Shown here: positions 1-9,411 of the stretch, in pieces
How positions within the stretch are numbered: the first letter of the stretch is position 1
Layout of the letters: every line of letters starts with the position of its first letter
NCBI GenBank assembly: GCA_964558935.1
Contig: CAZLFP010000001.1
Span: 147,260 to 211,259, forward strand
Direction of reading: 5' to 3'
Origin: an uncultured Gammaproteobacteria bacterium
GTDB taxonomy: Bacteria > Patescibacteriota > Patescibacteriia > 2-01-FULL-39-33
Length of the DNA: 64,000 nucleotides
Program-made: the position numbers and the translations under genes
Notes under the pieces: model-generated
Databases searched by the model: none
Told to the model about the DNA's origin: nothing
Seen by the model: only the letters and a program-made list of their open reading frames with translations

Positions 1-2
1 TT

Positions 3-1190
3 TTAAGGACGTAAAATCATTGCTTGGCCATTGTCAATTCTAATCAAAGTTGAAGGCTTGCCAACCAGCTTACCCTGATTAACATAAAAATCCACTTGGT
101 TGGAAAAGTATTTTTTAGCTTGCTTAATGGTCAAGGCTGGAGGATGGCCCTCTAAATTGGCACTGGGTGCCACCAGCGGACCGGTTTTTTTAAGCAGGTC
201 GATTAATTGCTTATTCTTCGGTAATCTAAAAGCCAAAGATTTGGCACCTCGATGCAAATACTCCAAATCTGAATTGGGGCAATCTAAGATGATACTGACC
301 GGTCCGGGCCAATACTTGCTGATCATGCTGTGAGTGGCTTTATTCAAGTTAATTTTAAATTTTTTTAACTCATTAATTGATCCAATTAAGATAATAAATG
401 GCTTATCCGGTCTACGACGCCTAACTGTATATATCCTTTCCACCACTTCTCGGTTTAAAGCTAAGCCCACTAAACCATAAATAGTATCCGTTGGCATCAC
501 TCCTATTTGACCATGCTTGATTTTTTCTACCACTGCCTGTCGAGCATTAGATTCAAGCTGAGCCATGCTCACGGCTTGCTGTAGAGAATACTTACCGACT
601 CGAGTTCTTTTTAAAGCCGTTAGGTAAGCGCCTACACCTAAATCATGACCAATGTCTCTGGCCAAGGATCTGATATACACCCCTTTGCCGGTTGTAATTC
701 TAAGTTTCAATTTGGGATAGTCGTATTTAATAATTTTAATCTCCTTAACCTGAACCGATCTGGCTTTTAATTGCAAATTACGACCCGCTCTGGCCGCCTT
801 GTATGATCTTTGACCCCCAACTTTGATGGCGCTGTATTGAGGCGGTATTTGCTGAATCTGACCAAGATATTTATTAATCACAAATTGAATTTCAGTCCGA
901 GAAGGCCGTTGGTCGCTAACTTGCTTAATCTGACCTTCAGCATCATCTGTCGTACTGGTTTTACCCAATTCCAATTCCGCCAAGTATTCTTTGTCAGATT
1001 GAACGATTGAGTTAATCTGTCTGGTCGCTTCCCGACCAACGCCCACCACTAAAACACCCTCAGCTAAAGGATCTAGGGTACCGGCATGACCAACTTTCTG
1101 TTCACCGGTAATTTTTTTAATCTCAGCTATGATCTGGAAAGAAGTTGGTCCCTGAGGTTTGTTGACCACAAAAATGTTTGACATAAACAC
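3..1190 (-). CDS. truB: tRNA pseudouridine(55) synthase TruB fused to an L-threonylcarbamoyladenylate synthase (YrdC/Sua5/TsaC-type) domain; C-terminus runs off the window edge
   Basis: N-terminal half carries TruB motifs (VVNKPQGPTSF, GHAGTLDPLAEGVLVVGVG). From about aa 225 the sequence has a YrdC/Sua5-like fold (GVMPTDTIYGL, KPFIILIGS, GPVSIIL, PSANLEGHPP). The ORF is still open at position 3. Confidence 0.8.
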   Translation of the reverse strand: MFMSNIFVVNKPQGPTSFQIIAEIKKITGEQKVGHAGTLDPLAEGVLVVGVGREATRQINSIVQSDKEYLAELELGKTSTTDDAEGQIKQVSDQRPSRTEIQFVINKYLGQIQQIPPQYSAIKVGGQRSYKAARAGRNLQLKARSVQVKEIKIIKYDYPKLKLRITTGKGVYIRSLARDIGHDLGVGAYLTALKRTRVGKYSLQQAVSMAQLESNARQAVVEKIKHGQIGVMPTDTIYGLVGLALNREVVERIYTVRRRRPDKPFIILIGSINELKKFKINLNKATHSMISKYWPGPVSIILDCPNSDLEYLHRGAKSLAFRLPKNKQLIDLLKKTGPLVAPSANLEGHPPALTIKQAKKYFSNQVDFYVNQGKLVGKPSTLIRIDNGQAMILRP

Positions 1191-1223
1191 AAAGCATCGC
1201 TGGGTAGCGATGCTGAGATGAAA

Positions 1224-1520
1224 TTATTCAGCTAAAGCTTGGTCAGATAAATCATTGCCGCTAAAATCATCGGCATTAATCGCATTTAACAAGCTATCCA
1301 ATTCATTTAAATCTGTTTGTAAGCCAAGATCATCAGTTTGATCTGTAACTTGTTCATCTGAACCAGTTATTGATGTATCATCTGGAGTCGGAGTCGGTGC
1401 CACGGGCGGTGTAACCGGTTTTTGAACAGATGAAGACGTTTGATTCTGTCCGGCTTGACAGCCAACTAAAGCCAAACCACTAACAAGTAAAACGGTAACG
1501 AGTAAATATTTGGTACGCAT
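1224..1520 (-). CDS. small acidic lipoprotein (signal peptide with lipobox LVGC), low-complexity Pro/Thr/Asp-rich
   Basis: N-terminus MRTKYLLVTVLLVSGLALVGC is a lipoprotein signal peptide; the remainder is an acidic low-complexity region. Confidence 0.45.
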   Translation of the reverse strand: MRTKYLLVTVLLVSGLALVGCQAGQNQTSSSVQKPVTPPVAPTPTPDDTSITGSDEQVTDQTDDLGLQTDLNELDSLLNAINADDFSGNDLSDQALAE

Positions 1521-1524
1521 ATAA

Positions 1525-2097
1525 TTATTGATTATTTGTTTGAACTTCCATGTCTGACTGAATCTGCTCTCTTAAGGCTTGAATGTGTGGCCTGACAGTT
1601 TGTTGGTAGTATAACCGGATATCCAAGGAGTCTTGCCTGACAGTCATTAAAGACTGGCGAGATTCTTCCAGAGCAGTTGCAAACTGTCCTTCAGATTGAC
1701 CGCAGGCATAATCACCGGTATTTCTGAGTTTGCCAATGTAATCTGAGTAATTATTTCTGAACTGGTTAATTTCCGCATCCAAATAACTGACATCATTTTC
1801 CAAATCTGAGGTGTCATAACCCTTGTCGCTAATTTTAGCAATAATTTCATTTAGCTTATCTTTCATCTTGTTGTAATTAGCCAAGTGTCTTTCATAATTA
1901 TTCTCGTAACGTGAGATGCTCAACTCAATGCGAGATTCAATCAAGCCACAACGTTCCTGCAATCTGGCTTCTAATTGTGATTTAAATTGATTCATGCGCT
2001 CTTCCAAGTTGCCAGCTTGATTGTCTTGCTGGGCAGAAACCGTATTGACCAAGGCAAAACAACTCAAGACCAAAGTGATGCCGATGATTTTTTTCAT
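1525..2097 (-). CDS. secreted coiled-coil protein of unknown function
   Basis: N-terminal signal peptide (MKKIIGITLVLSCFALVNTVSA) followed by Q/E/R-rich heptad-like sequence. Confidence 0.45.
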   Translation of the reverse strand: MKKIIGITLVLSCFALVNTVSAQQDNQAGNLEERMNQFKSQLEARLQERCGLIESRIELSISRYENNYERHLANYNKMKDKLNEIIAKISDKGYDTSDLENDVSYLDAEINQFRNNYSDYIGKLRNTGDYACGQSEGQFATALEESRQSLMTVRQDSLDIRLYYQQTVRPHIQALREQIQSDMEVQTNNQ

Positions 2098-2141
2098 ACT
2101 TTTTTAGTTATGAATATTAGTTAGCTATATTATATTAAAAT

Positions 2142-3311
2142 TTATTTTATAATGTCAATTCTCTTGCGCATGCTTTTGGTTCTGGCCCGATTGGAAAAAC
2201 GATGTGCTTCATCTCTAATTTGTAACAGGAGTGGTTTGATACTCTGAACCAAAACTTTAATACTCGTCTTGGTTTTACCGGGATAGACCAATTTATCTTC
2301 TGCGTATTTAGACAAGCCCACCAAAGGAATGCTTAAGTTTCTGTCTTGAAACAGTTGATTGAGATAATCAATTTGCGGTTTGCCGCCATCGATTAAGATT
2401 AAATCAGGCCTGGGCCATTCCGGATGATTAAATCTACGCGTTAGCATTTCAGCCAAAGCTCTGAGATCATCATGCTTGGGAGCGGATTTTATTTTAAACA
2501 GCCGATACTGACTTTTATCTGGCTTGCCGTTAGTCATAACCGCCATTGCTCCATAAGTATCCTGACCGGTCAAGTGAGAAATATCATAGGCTTCGATTCT
2601 GGATACTCCTTTCGTGGATTCTATCTCATCTTGAGTCAACAGGGTAACTTCCTGAATCTTCTCAAAAGCTTCGGCCTGTTCCGGATTTTCTGTCTTAAGC
2701 CTGGTCATTAACCTTTTCTTCTGACCCGCAAACAACATAATGATATTATGAATATTTTTCTGATATTCTTTTTCATCTATTTCACCTATGCATGTTCCCG
2801 GACATAAACCAATTTGGTAATCGAAACAAGCTTTCCCTTGATTAGGTGTGCAAGTGCTGTATGGAAAGATTCTTCTGATTATTTTAAGGGCATTTTTGAT
2901 CAAATATTGATTTTGAAAAGGTCCAAAAATTTTATTTTTAGAGACGGGGAATTTTTTCAACTCATGACCTCTGATCAGAATGGGATAACTAAACTTAGTT
3001 AGCGGAAAAACCAAATAGACAAATGACTTATCGTCTTTATCTCGAATATTGTACTTAGGCCAATGTTCTTTAATCTTTCGAGCTTCCAGTAGGATGGCTT
3101 CCAGTACCGTATCCGTAGTCTGGTACTTAATGTCTTTGGCCTGTTCTACCATTTCCGCAATTCTGGGATCTAAGTCTTTTCTAAAATATTGAGCCACTCT
3201 CTTCCTTAGGTTAGTCGCTCTGCCAATGTAAAGAATCTGCTTATTTATATCTAAGAATCTGTAAACTCCCGGTTGATTGGGAAAATCTTTGATTTTGTGT
3301 TTCAAATCCAT
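2142..3311 (-). CDS. uvrC: excinuclease ABC subunit C (UvrC), short form without C-terminal HhH domain
   Basis: GIY-YIG N-terminus (GVYRFLD...ILYIGRATNLRKRVAQYF) and a C-terminal RNase H-like UvrC endonuclease motif (DLILIDGGKPQ). Only 389 aa against about 600 for typical UvrC. Confidence 0.8.
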   Translation of the reverse strand: MDLKHKIKDFPNQPGVYRFLDINKQILYIGRATNLRKRVAQYFRKDLDPRIAEMVEQAKDIKYQTTDTVLEAILLEARKIKEHWPKYNIRDKDDKSFVYLVFPLTKFSYPILIRGHELKKFPVSKNKIFGPFQNQYLIKNALKIIRRIFPYSTCTPNQGKACFDYQIGLCPGTCIGEIDEKEYQKNIHNIIMLFAGQKKRLMTRLKTENPEQAEAFEKIQEVTLLTQDEIESTKGVSRIEAYDISHLTGQDTYGAMAVMTNGKPDKSQYRLFKIKSAPKHDDLRALAEMLTRRFNHPEWPRPDLILIDGGKPQIDYLNQLFQDRNLSIPLVGLSKYAEDKLVYPGKTKTSIKVLVQSIKPLLLQIRDEAHRFSNRARTKSMRKRIDIIK

Positions 3312-5903
3312 CTAGTCTTTTAAATAATCTTTCAAATATTTAGCCGTATCTGACTGTTTATTTTTGCCCGCCAAATAATTGCCAACCACTTCTTCAGGTG
3401 TACCTTTGGCCACAATCTGACCACCCCTATCCCCTCCATCCGGTCCCAGATCAATCACGTAATCAGCGGATTTAATCACATGCATGTTATGTTCAATGAT
3501 AATAATACTGTTACCTCTGTCCACTAATTTATTTAAAACTTCAAGAAGCATTTCCACGTCTTTATAATGCAGTCCCACTGTTGGTTCGTCTAATAAATAC
3601 AAACTCCTTTTACCTAAGGTATGAGTCAACTCTCTGGCCAATTTAATTCTTTGAGCTTCACCGCCGGATAAAGTGGTAGCACTTTGGCCAAGTTGTAAAT
3701 AACCCAGTCCGACTTCTTGCAGAACTTTCAGTTTATCTGTAATTAAATATTGCCCATCAAAATATGTAACTGCTTCATCGATGGTCAGTTCCAAAACATC
3801 AGCAATGTTTTTTCCTTTGTATTTGACTTGCAGTGTTTCTCGGTTAAACCTTTTACCATGACAAACATCGCATTCCACGTAAACAGCCGGTAGAAAATGC
3901 ATTTCAATTAAATTAAAGCCGGCTCCGTCGCAAGCTTCACATCTGCCTCCAGCCCTGTTAAAAGAAAACCGAGATAAGGTATAGGCTCTTTCCTTGGATT
4001 CCGGTAACTGTGCAAAAAATTCCCTGATTGGAGTGTAGATACCGGTGTAAGTGGCTGGATTGGAGCGAGGAGATCTGCCGATTGGAGATTGGTCAACAAT
4101 TACCACTCGATTAATATATTCAGAGCCAATTATCTTAGAAACGTTTTCAAGAGTATTTCTTTCTCCATGTTTTATTTTAACCAAATTTTCATACACAGAA
4201 TCATACAGCAGTGAAGATTTTCCGGATCCGGATACTCCGGAAATACACACTAACTTTCTAAGTGGAACTTCAACCTGTAGATTTTTAAGATTATTGGCCT
4301 TAGCTCCAATTATTTTCAAAGCTTCAGTGGTTTTTTCTCGTCTTTTGGGAATTTCAATCTTTTCATTCCCTCTTAAATAATCCAAAGTTAAAGATTTTTG
4401 TTTGTTGCTTTTCTTAAATAATTCTTTAATTTCACCTTGAGCCACCACTTCCCCACCTTCAGAACCCGCCAAAGGTCCCAAGTCGACCAAATAGTCGGAT
4501 TCTTTAATTACTCTTTCATCATGCTCGACTACGATCACGGAATTATTCTGATCCCTTAAAGATTTTAAAGTGTCTATTAACCGATCATTATCCCTTTCAT
4601 GCAAGCCAATGGTTGGTTCATCTAAGATATACAAAGTATGGGATAAATATGACCCAATCTGAGAAGATAATCTTATTCTTTGAGCTTCGCCTCCGGACAG
4701 AGTTTCGGCTTCTCTGCTCAACGACAAATAATCCAAGCCCACCTGAATTAGAAAAAAAAGTCTGTCACTTATTTCTTGAACCACTTCCTGAGCAATCTCC
4801 ACTTCCCTTTTGGTCATTTTCTTTTTATAGGTTTCAAAAAAAGAATACAGCTTATCTATGCTCAGTTCACTGACTTGGGCAATGTTCTTGTTATTAATTC
4901 TAACTGACAAAGCTTCCGGTTTTAATCTTTTGCCTTCACATTCCAAGCATGGAGCAACGACTCTTTCATACTTATTGACATAACTGCCTTTCTTTTTGGG
5001 ATCATCTGTTTCAAGTCTTTTTCTTTCCCATTTTTCCAATCTACCAATCCCATGACAATTCTCACACGCTCCATGTGGACTATTAAAAGAAAACAGCCTT
5101 GGTTCTACCTCGGGAAAAGCAAAACCATCATGCGGACAAGTCCAATTGGAAGACAGAAGAATGTCTTTTTCCTGATCGCCTTCGTTGTACAAAGCGATAA
5201 CTAGTCCTTGAGAATAGCTTAAAGCGTTTTCCACCGCTTCAGATAATCTGGTTTGATCATCCAATTTAAATTTATCCACCACAATATCTATACTGTGCTT
5301 TTTATACCTTGCCAGTTTTATTTCATTGTGCAAAGATTGGATTTTACCGTCTATTCTGGCTTCAGCATAACCTAAAGACAGATAATCATACAGTAATTGG
5401 TAGTACTCGCCTTTTCTATCTATAACCACAGGTGAGAGAATGGTTACATAATCTGTCTGATTATCCTCTGCTCTTGCAACTATTATATCCAACATTTCAT
5501 CCAATGCCAGTCTTTCTATCTTATGACCGCATTTGGGACAAAATACTTCACCCAAACGAGCATATAATACACGCAGATAATCATAGATCTCGGTTAAAGT
5601 TCCAACCGTTGATCTCGGATTTCTGCTTAAAGCCTTCTGGTCAATGGAAATGGCAGGAGCCAAACCAATAATTTCATCCACTTCCGCCGGTTTCATTTGG
5701 CCCAAAAACTGTCTGGCATAAGGAGATAAGGATTCAATGTATCTTCTTTGGCCTTCCGCAAAGATGGTATCGAAAGCTAAAGACGACTTACCGGATCCTG
5801 AGACACCCGTAAAAACCACCAGTTGGTTATGGGGTATTTCCAAATTAACATTTTTCAAATTGTGCATTCTAGCACCTTTGATGATTATTTTATCTTTTTG
5901 CAT
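3312..5903 (-). CDS. uvrA: excinuclease ABC subunit A (UvrA)
   Basis: Two ABC ATPase modules (GVSGSGKSSL twice; LSGGEAQRI signatures) and zinc-finger CxxC pairs; strong overall UvrA pattern. Confidence 0.95.
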   Translation of the reverse strand: MQKDKIIIKGARMHNLKNVNLEIPHNQLVVFTGVSGSGKSSLAFDTIFAEGQRRYIESLSPYARQFLGQMKPAEVDEIIGLAPAISIDQKALSRNPRSTVGTLTEIYDYLRVLYARLGEVFCPKCGHKIERLALDEMLDIIVARAEDNQTDYVTILSPVVIDRKGEYYQLLYDYLSLGYAEARIDGKIQSLHNEIKLARYKKHSIDIVVDKFKLDDQTRLSEAVENALSYSQGLVIALYNEGDQEKDILLSSNWTCPHDGFAFPEVEPRLFSFNSPHGACENCHGIGRLEKWERKRLETDDPKKKGSYVNKYERVVAPCLECEGKRLKPEALSVRINNKNIAQVSELSIDKLYSFFETYKKKMTKREVEIAQEVVQEISDRLFFLIQVGLDYLSLSREAETLSGGEAQRIRLSSQIGSYLSHTLYILDEPTIGLHERDNDRLIDTLKSLRDQNNSVIVVEHDERVIKESDYLVDLGPLAGSEGGEVVAQGEIKELFKKSNKQKSLTLDYLRGNEKIEIPKRREKTTEALKIIGAKANNLKNLQVEVPLRKLVCISGVSGSGKSSLLYDSVYENLVKIKHGERNTLENVSKIIGSEYINRVVIVDQSPIGRSPRSNPATYTGIYTPIREFFAQLPESKERAYTLSRFSFNRAGGRCEACDGAGFNLIEMHFLPAVYVECDVCHGKRFNRETLQVKYKGKNIADVLELTIDEAVTYFDGQYLITDKLKVLQEVGLGYLQLGQSATTLSGGEAQRIKLARELTHTLGKRSLYLLDEPTVGLHYKDVEMLLEVLNKLVDRGNSIIIIEHNMHVIKSADYVIDLGPDGGDRGGQIVAKGTPEEVVGNYLAGKNKQSDTAKYLKDYLKD

Positions 5904-5972
5904 ACTCTTGATTCTTTAAAAAATATATGATATAACTTTAGTATTGTTGAGTCAACCAGAGGAGGAAAAAAC

Positions 5973-6143
5973 ATGACTGAGCAATTGGAAGTACCTGAGG
6001 CCAAAAACACGCCTCTACCCAGGAGAGTTTGCATCACCGGTGGCATCTGTAAACACGGACACGAACTGCCAACCGAGTGCGATGGCGACTGCATGCTGGG
6101 TGCAGATAAACTGCCTCAGCCAGTGGCTGGTCAGCCCAACTAA
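5973..6143 (+). CDS. small Cys/His-containing protein (56 aa), unknown function
   Basis: SD GGAGGA lies 7 nt upstream of the ATG. The ORF MTEQLEVPEAKNTPLPRRVCITGGICKHGHELPTECDGDCMLGADKLPQPVAGQPN is locally GC-rich and is followed by two hairpin terminators. Confidence 0.35.
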   Translation: MTEQLEVPEAKNTPLPRRVCITGGICKHGHELPTECDGDCMLGADKLPQPVAGQPN

Positions 6144-6155
6144 CTCCCTCTGCTC

Positions 6156-6230
6156 CTAGATTAGTGCAACGCTAATCTAGAGCTTCCCTCCAAACCCGCC
6201 GATCTTTTCTATCGGCGGGTCATTTTTATT
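6156..6230. terminator. tandem hairpins (ctagattag-N7-ctaatctag and cccgccgat-N7-atcggcggg) followed by a T-run; terminates the small + gene and may act bidirectionally for uvrB
   Basis: Two perfect 9-bp inverted repeats; the second is followed by TCATTTTTATT. Confidence 0.6.
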
Positions 6231-8082
6231 CCGATTTATTCACATCTAAAAAATCTTCTATCTCCTTCTGAATGGTTTGCGGAGTAATCCCATGCTGCAT
6301 GTTATATTGCTGTTGTAATTCCCTTCTTCTGTCCACTTCTTTAATGGCTTTTTTAATAGAATCCGTCAAATTATCTGCATACAAAATAACCTTGCCGGTA
6401 ACATTTCTGGCAGCTCTACCCATGGTTTGCATGAGTGAAGTTTCACTCCTTAAAAAACCTTCCCGATCTGCATCTAAAATGGCCACCAAGGTCACCTCCG
6501 GCAAATCCAGACCTTCTCGCAGTAAATTAACTCCAATTAAAACATCTACTCTGCCCTTTCTAAAATTATTTAAAATCTCAGTTCTTTGAATGGTCTTAAC
6601 ATCGCTATGAATATAATCCACTTTAAAACCTTTGTTTCTTAAATATGAATCCAAATCTTCAGCCATCTTCTTGGTTAAGGTGTTAACGATCGCTCTGTCA
6701 TTATTTTTAACCACGCTTTCCAATTCCTTGATTAAATCATCTACTTGGGAAAGATTGGTCTTTTTATCGAAAACTTTTCTAACTTCAACCGGTGGATCGA
6801 TTAAGCCGGTGGGCCGAATCAGCTGCTCTACCTGCTGCTTAGAATGCTTTTTCTCATAATTCCCAGGGGTAGCGGTGGTAAAAATGACCGGACCTAATCG
6901 GTCTTCAAATTCCTTAAAGTTTAAAGGCCTGTTATCTAAAGCTGACGGCAACCTCCAGCCATATTTGATCAGAGCTTGCTTTCTGGCTCTGTCTCCTTCA
7001 TACATACCCCTGACCTGAGGTATGCCAATATGAGATTCATCTACAATCGTTAAAAATTGCGGTTTACCACTTTTGTCTTTGGGAAAATAAGCTAATAATG
7101 TGTCTGGTGCGTCTCCGGCTAATTTGCCGGTCAAATGACGTGAATAATTTTCAATTCCGTTGCAATAACCCAGAGACAACAACATCTCCATATCATATCT
7201 GGTTCTTCTCTCCAGTCTTTCCGCTTCTAGATACAATCCTTTTTTGTCAAAATACTTTAATCTGTCTTTTAATTCTGCTTTAATATTACGAACCGCTTCT
7301 TTAACTTCAGGCATGGTGGACACAAAATGCTTGGATGGAAAAATAATGGTTTCTTGAAGTTCTTCCAAAATGGTTTTTTTAAGAGTGTCCATTAGGTAAA
7401 TATGCCGAACTTTCTGGTCTTCCAATTCAACTCTATGGATAATATTGTCGGCAGCCGGTTGAATGTCAAAAATATCTCCTCTGACTCTAAACAGTCCTCT
7501 TTTAAGTTCTCCGGGAGTTCTTTCAAACTGCATTTTAACGAGTTGAGAAATTAGATCTTTTCTGACGATTTCTTGACCCACCTTCAGATGCAGTGAAGAT
7601 TTAGTATAACTGGCCGGCAAACCCAGATTGTATATGCAAGAAACCGAAGCGACTATAATCACATCCTTTCTGGTAGCCAAGGCAGAAGTTGCCTGATGCC
7701 TTAATCTGTCTATCTCATCATTGATCATGGCTTCTTTTTCTATGTAGGTATCTGTGGTTGGCAAATAGGCTTCCGGCTGGTAGTAGTCATAGTAGGAAAC
7801 AAAATAATTGACACTGTTGTCCGGAAAGAAATTCTTGTATTCTCTATACAGTTGAGCCGCCAAAGCTTTATTCGGAGCCATGACTAAAACCGGTAGGTTA
7901 AATTCTTGAATCACATTAGCCACCGTAAAAGTCTTACCGGAACCGGTTACCCCGACCAAAGTTTGGAAATCATGGCCTTTTTTAAGGCCAGACACCAATT
8001 TTTTAATGGCTTGAGGCTGATCTCCGGCTGGTTTAAAGTTAGATTTTAGTGTAAATAAGGACATTTGAGTTATTCCATGCAC
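6226..8082 (-). CDS. uvrB: excinuclease ABC subunit B (UvrB); true start probably the Met at about 8064
   Basis: FKPAGDQPQAIKKL N-terminus, Walker A GVTGSGKTFT, helicase motifs and a C-terminal UvrB/UvrC interaction helix. Confidence 0.95.
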   Translation of the reverse strand: MHGITQMSLFTLKSNFKPAGDQPQAIKKLVSGLKKGHDFQTLVGVTGSGKTFTVANVIQEFNLPVLVMAPNKALAAQLYREYKNFFPDNSVNYFVSYYDYYQPEAYLPTTDTYIEKEAMINDEIDRLRHQATSALATRKDVIIVASVSCIYNLGLPASYTKSSLHLKVGQEIVRKDLISQLVKMQFERTPGELKRGLFRVRGDIFDIQPAADNIIHRVELEDQKVRHIYLMDTLKKTILEELQETIIFPSKHFVSTMPEVKEAVRNIKAELKDRLKYFDKKGLYLEAERLERRTRYDMEMLLSLGYCNGIENYSRHLTGKLAGDAPDTLLAYFPKDKSGKPQFLTIVDESHIGIPQVRGMYEGDRARKQALIKYGWRLPSALDNRPLNFKEFEDRLGPVIFTTATPGNYEKKHSKQQVEQLIRPTGLIDPPVEVRKVFDKKTNLSQVDDLIKELESVVKNNDRAIVNTLTKKMAEDLDSYLRNKGFKVDYIHSDVKTIQRTEILNNFRKGRVDVLIGVNLLREGLDLPEVTLVAILDADREGFLRSETSLMQTMGRAARNVTGKVILYADNLTDSIKKAIKEVDRRRELQQQYNMQHGITPQTIQKEIEDFLDVNKSE

Positions 8083-8148
8083 AAAAGCGCCTGACTTGGT
8101 CAGACCTAGGGGGTATAATAATCTATTTTATTGTTTCTGGCAAGCATT

Positions 8149-8225
<77 letters not shown>

Positions 8226-8231
8226 GTTTAT

Positions 8232-8969
8232 CTAAAATCTGTACCTAAACATCATATCACCGATCCAAAATAACATTGGAAAAATTATTTGTACAACCAA
8301 ATAGATAATTAAAATCCAAACCCAGATACTTAAACCCTTCTTAGATTTAGAAACTAGTTCAGATTCTTCTTCAGGATGTTTAGCCATGTACATTTTGTAA
8401 AAAATAATGGCTAAGATGCTTAAGGTACCATCTACAATCCCGCAAGCTGCCAACAGTCGGTAATAGAATTCACCCAGATCCCTTAAAACATCATAGTCCA
8501 GATAAATAATGGGCTGGAACATAATAACCACGAAAAACATAAAAACATAATTAACATAGATAATCATGTCCAGATACTTTTCTTTACCCAGAGCTTTAGA
8601 CAAAATATCCCCGTGCAAAGCCGCAAAAGCCAAAATAAAATACGTCTGGTATAAGTCACTCGTTAAAGTAGTAGAAAATATTTCCCAGATACCAAATAAA
8701 GCAGTGATAAAACTAACAACTATTAAAACAAATAAAGTGTTAATAAAAAAAGATAAGCGGGTAAAGGTATTGCGCCTGTCATTATCCCAAATGAAGATCA
8801 AACTAAGCACGGAGTGAACAATGGCTACGAATAAAGTCATTAAGACTTTAAACATAATCTCATTAAAATCCCCGACTAAAACTGCAACGACAGCTACTAG
8901 AGCTGCGATGATTAAACTACCTATCAGGGTTCCATAGGTAATTCTTTTTAAACTTGAAACATCCATCAT
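8232..8969 (-). CDS. polytopic membrane protein, unknown function
   Basis: About 7 hydrophobic segments; no recognisable catalytic motif. Confidence 0.5.
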   Translation of the reverse strand: MMDVSSLKRITYGTLIGSLIIAALVAVVAVLVGDFNEIMFKVLMTLFVAIVHSVLSLIFIWDNDRRNTFTRLSFFINTLFVLIVVSFITALFGIWEIFSTTLTSDLYQTYFILAFAALHGDILSKALGKEKYLDMIIYVNYVFMFFVVIMFQPIIYLDYDVLRDLGEFYYRLLAACGIVDGTLSILAIIFYKMYMAKHPEEESELVSKSKKGLSIWVWILIIYLVVQIIFPMLFWIGDMMFRYRF

Positions 8970-8996
8970 AATGATTAAATTATTCCTAAATATATA

Positions 8997-9410
8997 TTAT
9001 TTACCTGTTGATCCAAATCCACCCTGCCCCCTGTCAGAATCACTTAATGCTTCCATTACTTCAAACTCAATCTTAGGCAAAGGTAAAACTATAACCTGTC
9101 CAATCCTATCCCCCACAGCATAATCATCTGGACCATTCTTTCTAAATCTTAACCTTAACTCTCCCCTGTAACCAGCATCCAAAACACCCACACAATTAGC
9201 TAAAGTCAAATCTGTGTTAGAGACACTACTCCTGGGAAAAACCAACATGACATAACCTTCCGGCAATTCAAAAGACAAGCCTGTTCCATACTCTACATAT
9301 TTATCTGTAACTTCTTTGGACACCGCATAAACATCCATACCAGCATCGGTGGTGTGAGCATACTTAGGAATTATCGCTTCCGGATTAAGCTTTTTGATTT
9401 TAATCTGCAT
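8997..9410 (-). CDS. dut: dUTP diphosphatase (dUTPase)
   Basis: dUTPase motifs AGMDVYA, FPRSS, GVLDAGYRGEL, RGQGGFGSTG. Start taken at MQIKIKK, immediately after the stop of the upstream ORF. Confidence 0.85.
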   Translation of the reverse strand: MQIKIKKLNPEAIIPKYAHTTDAGMDVYAVSKEVTDKYVEYGTGLSFELPEGYVMLVFPRSSVSNTDLTLANCVGVLDAGYRGELRLRFRKNGPDDYAVGDRIGQVIVLPLPKIEFEVMEALSDSDRGQGGFGSTGK

Positions 9411-9411
9411 A

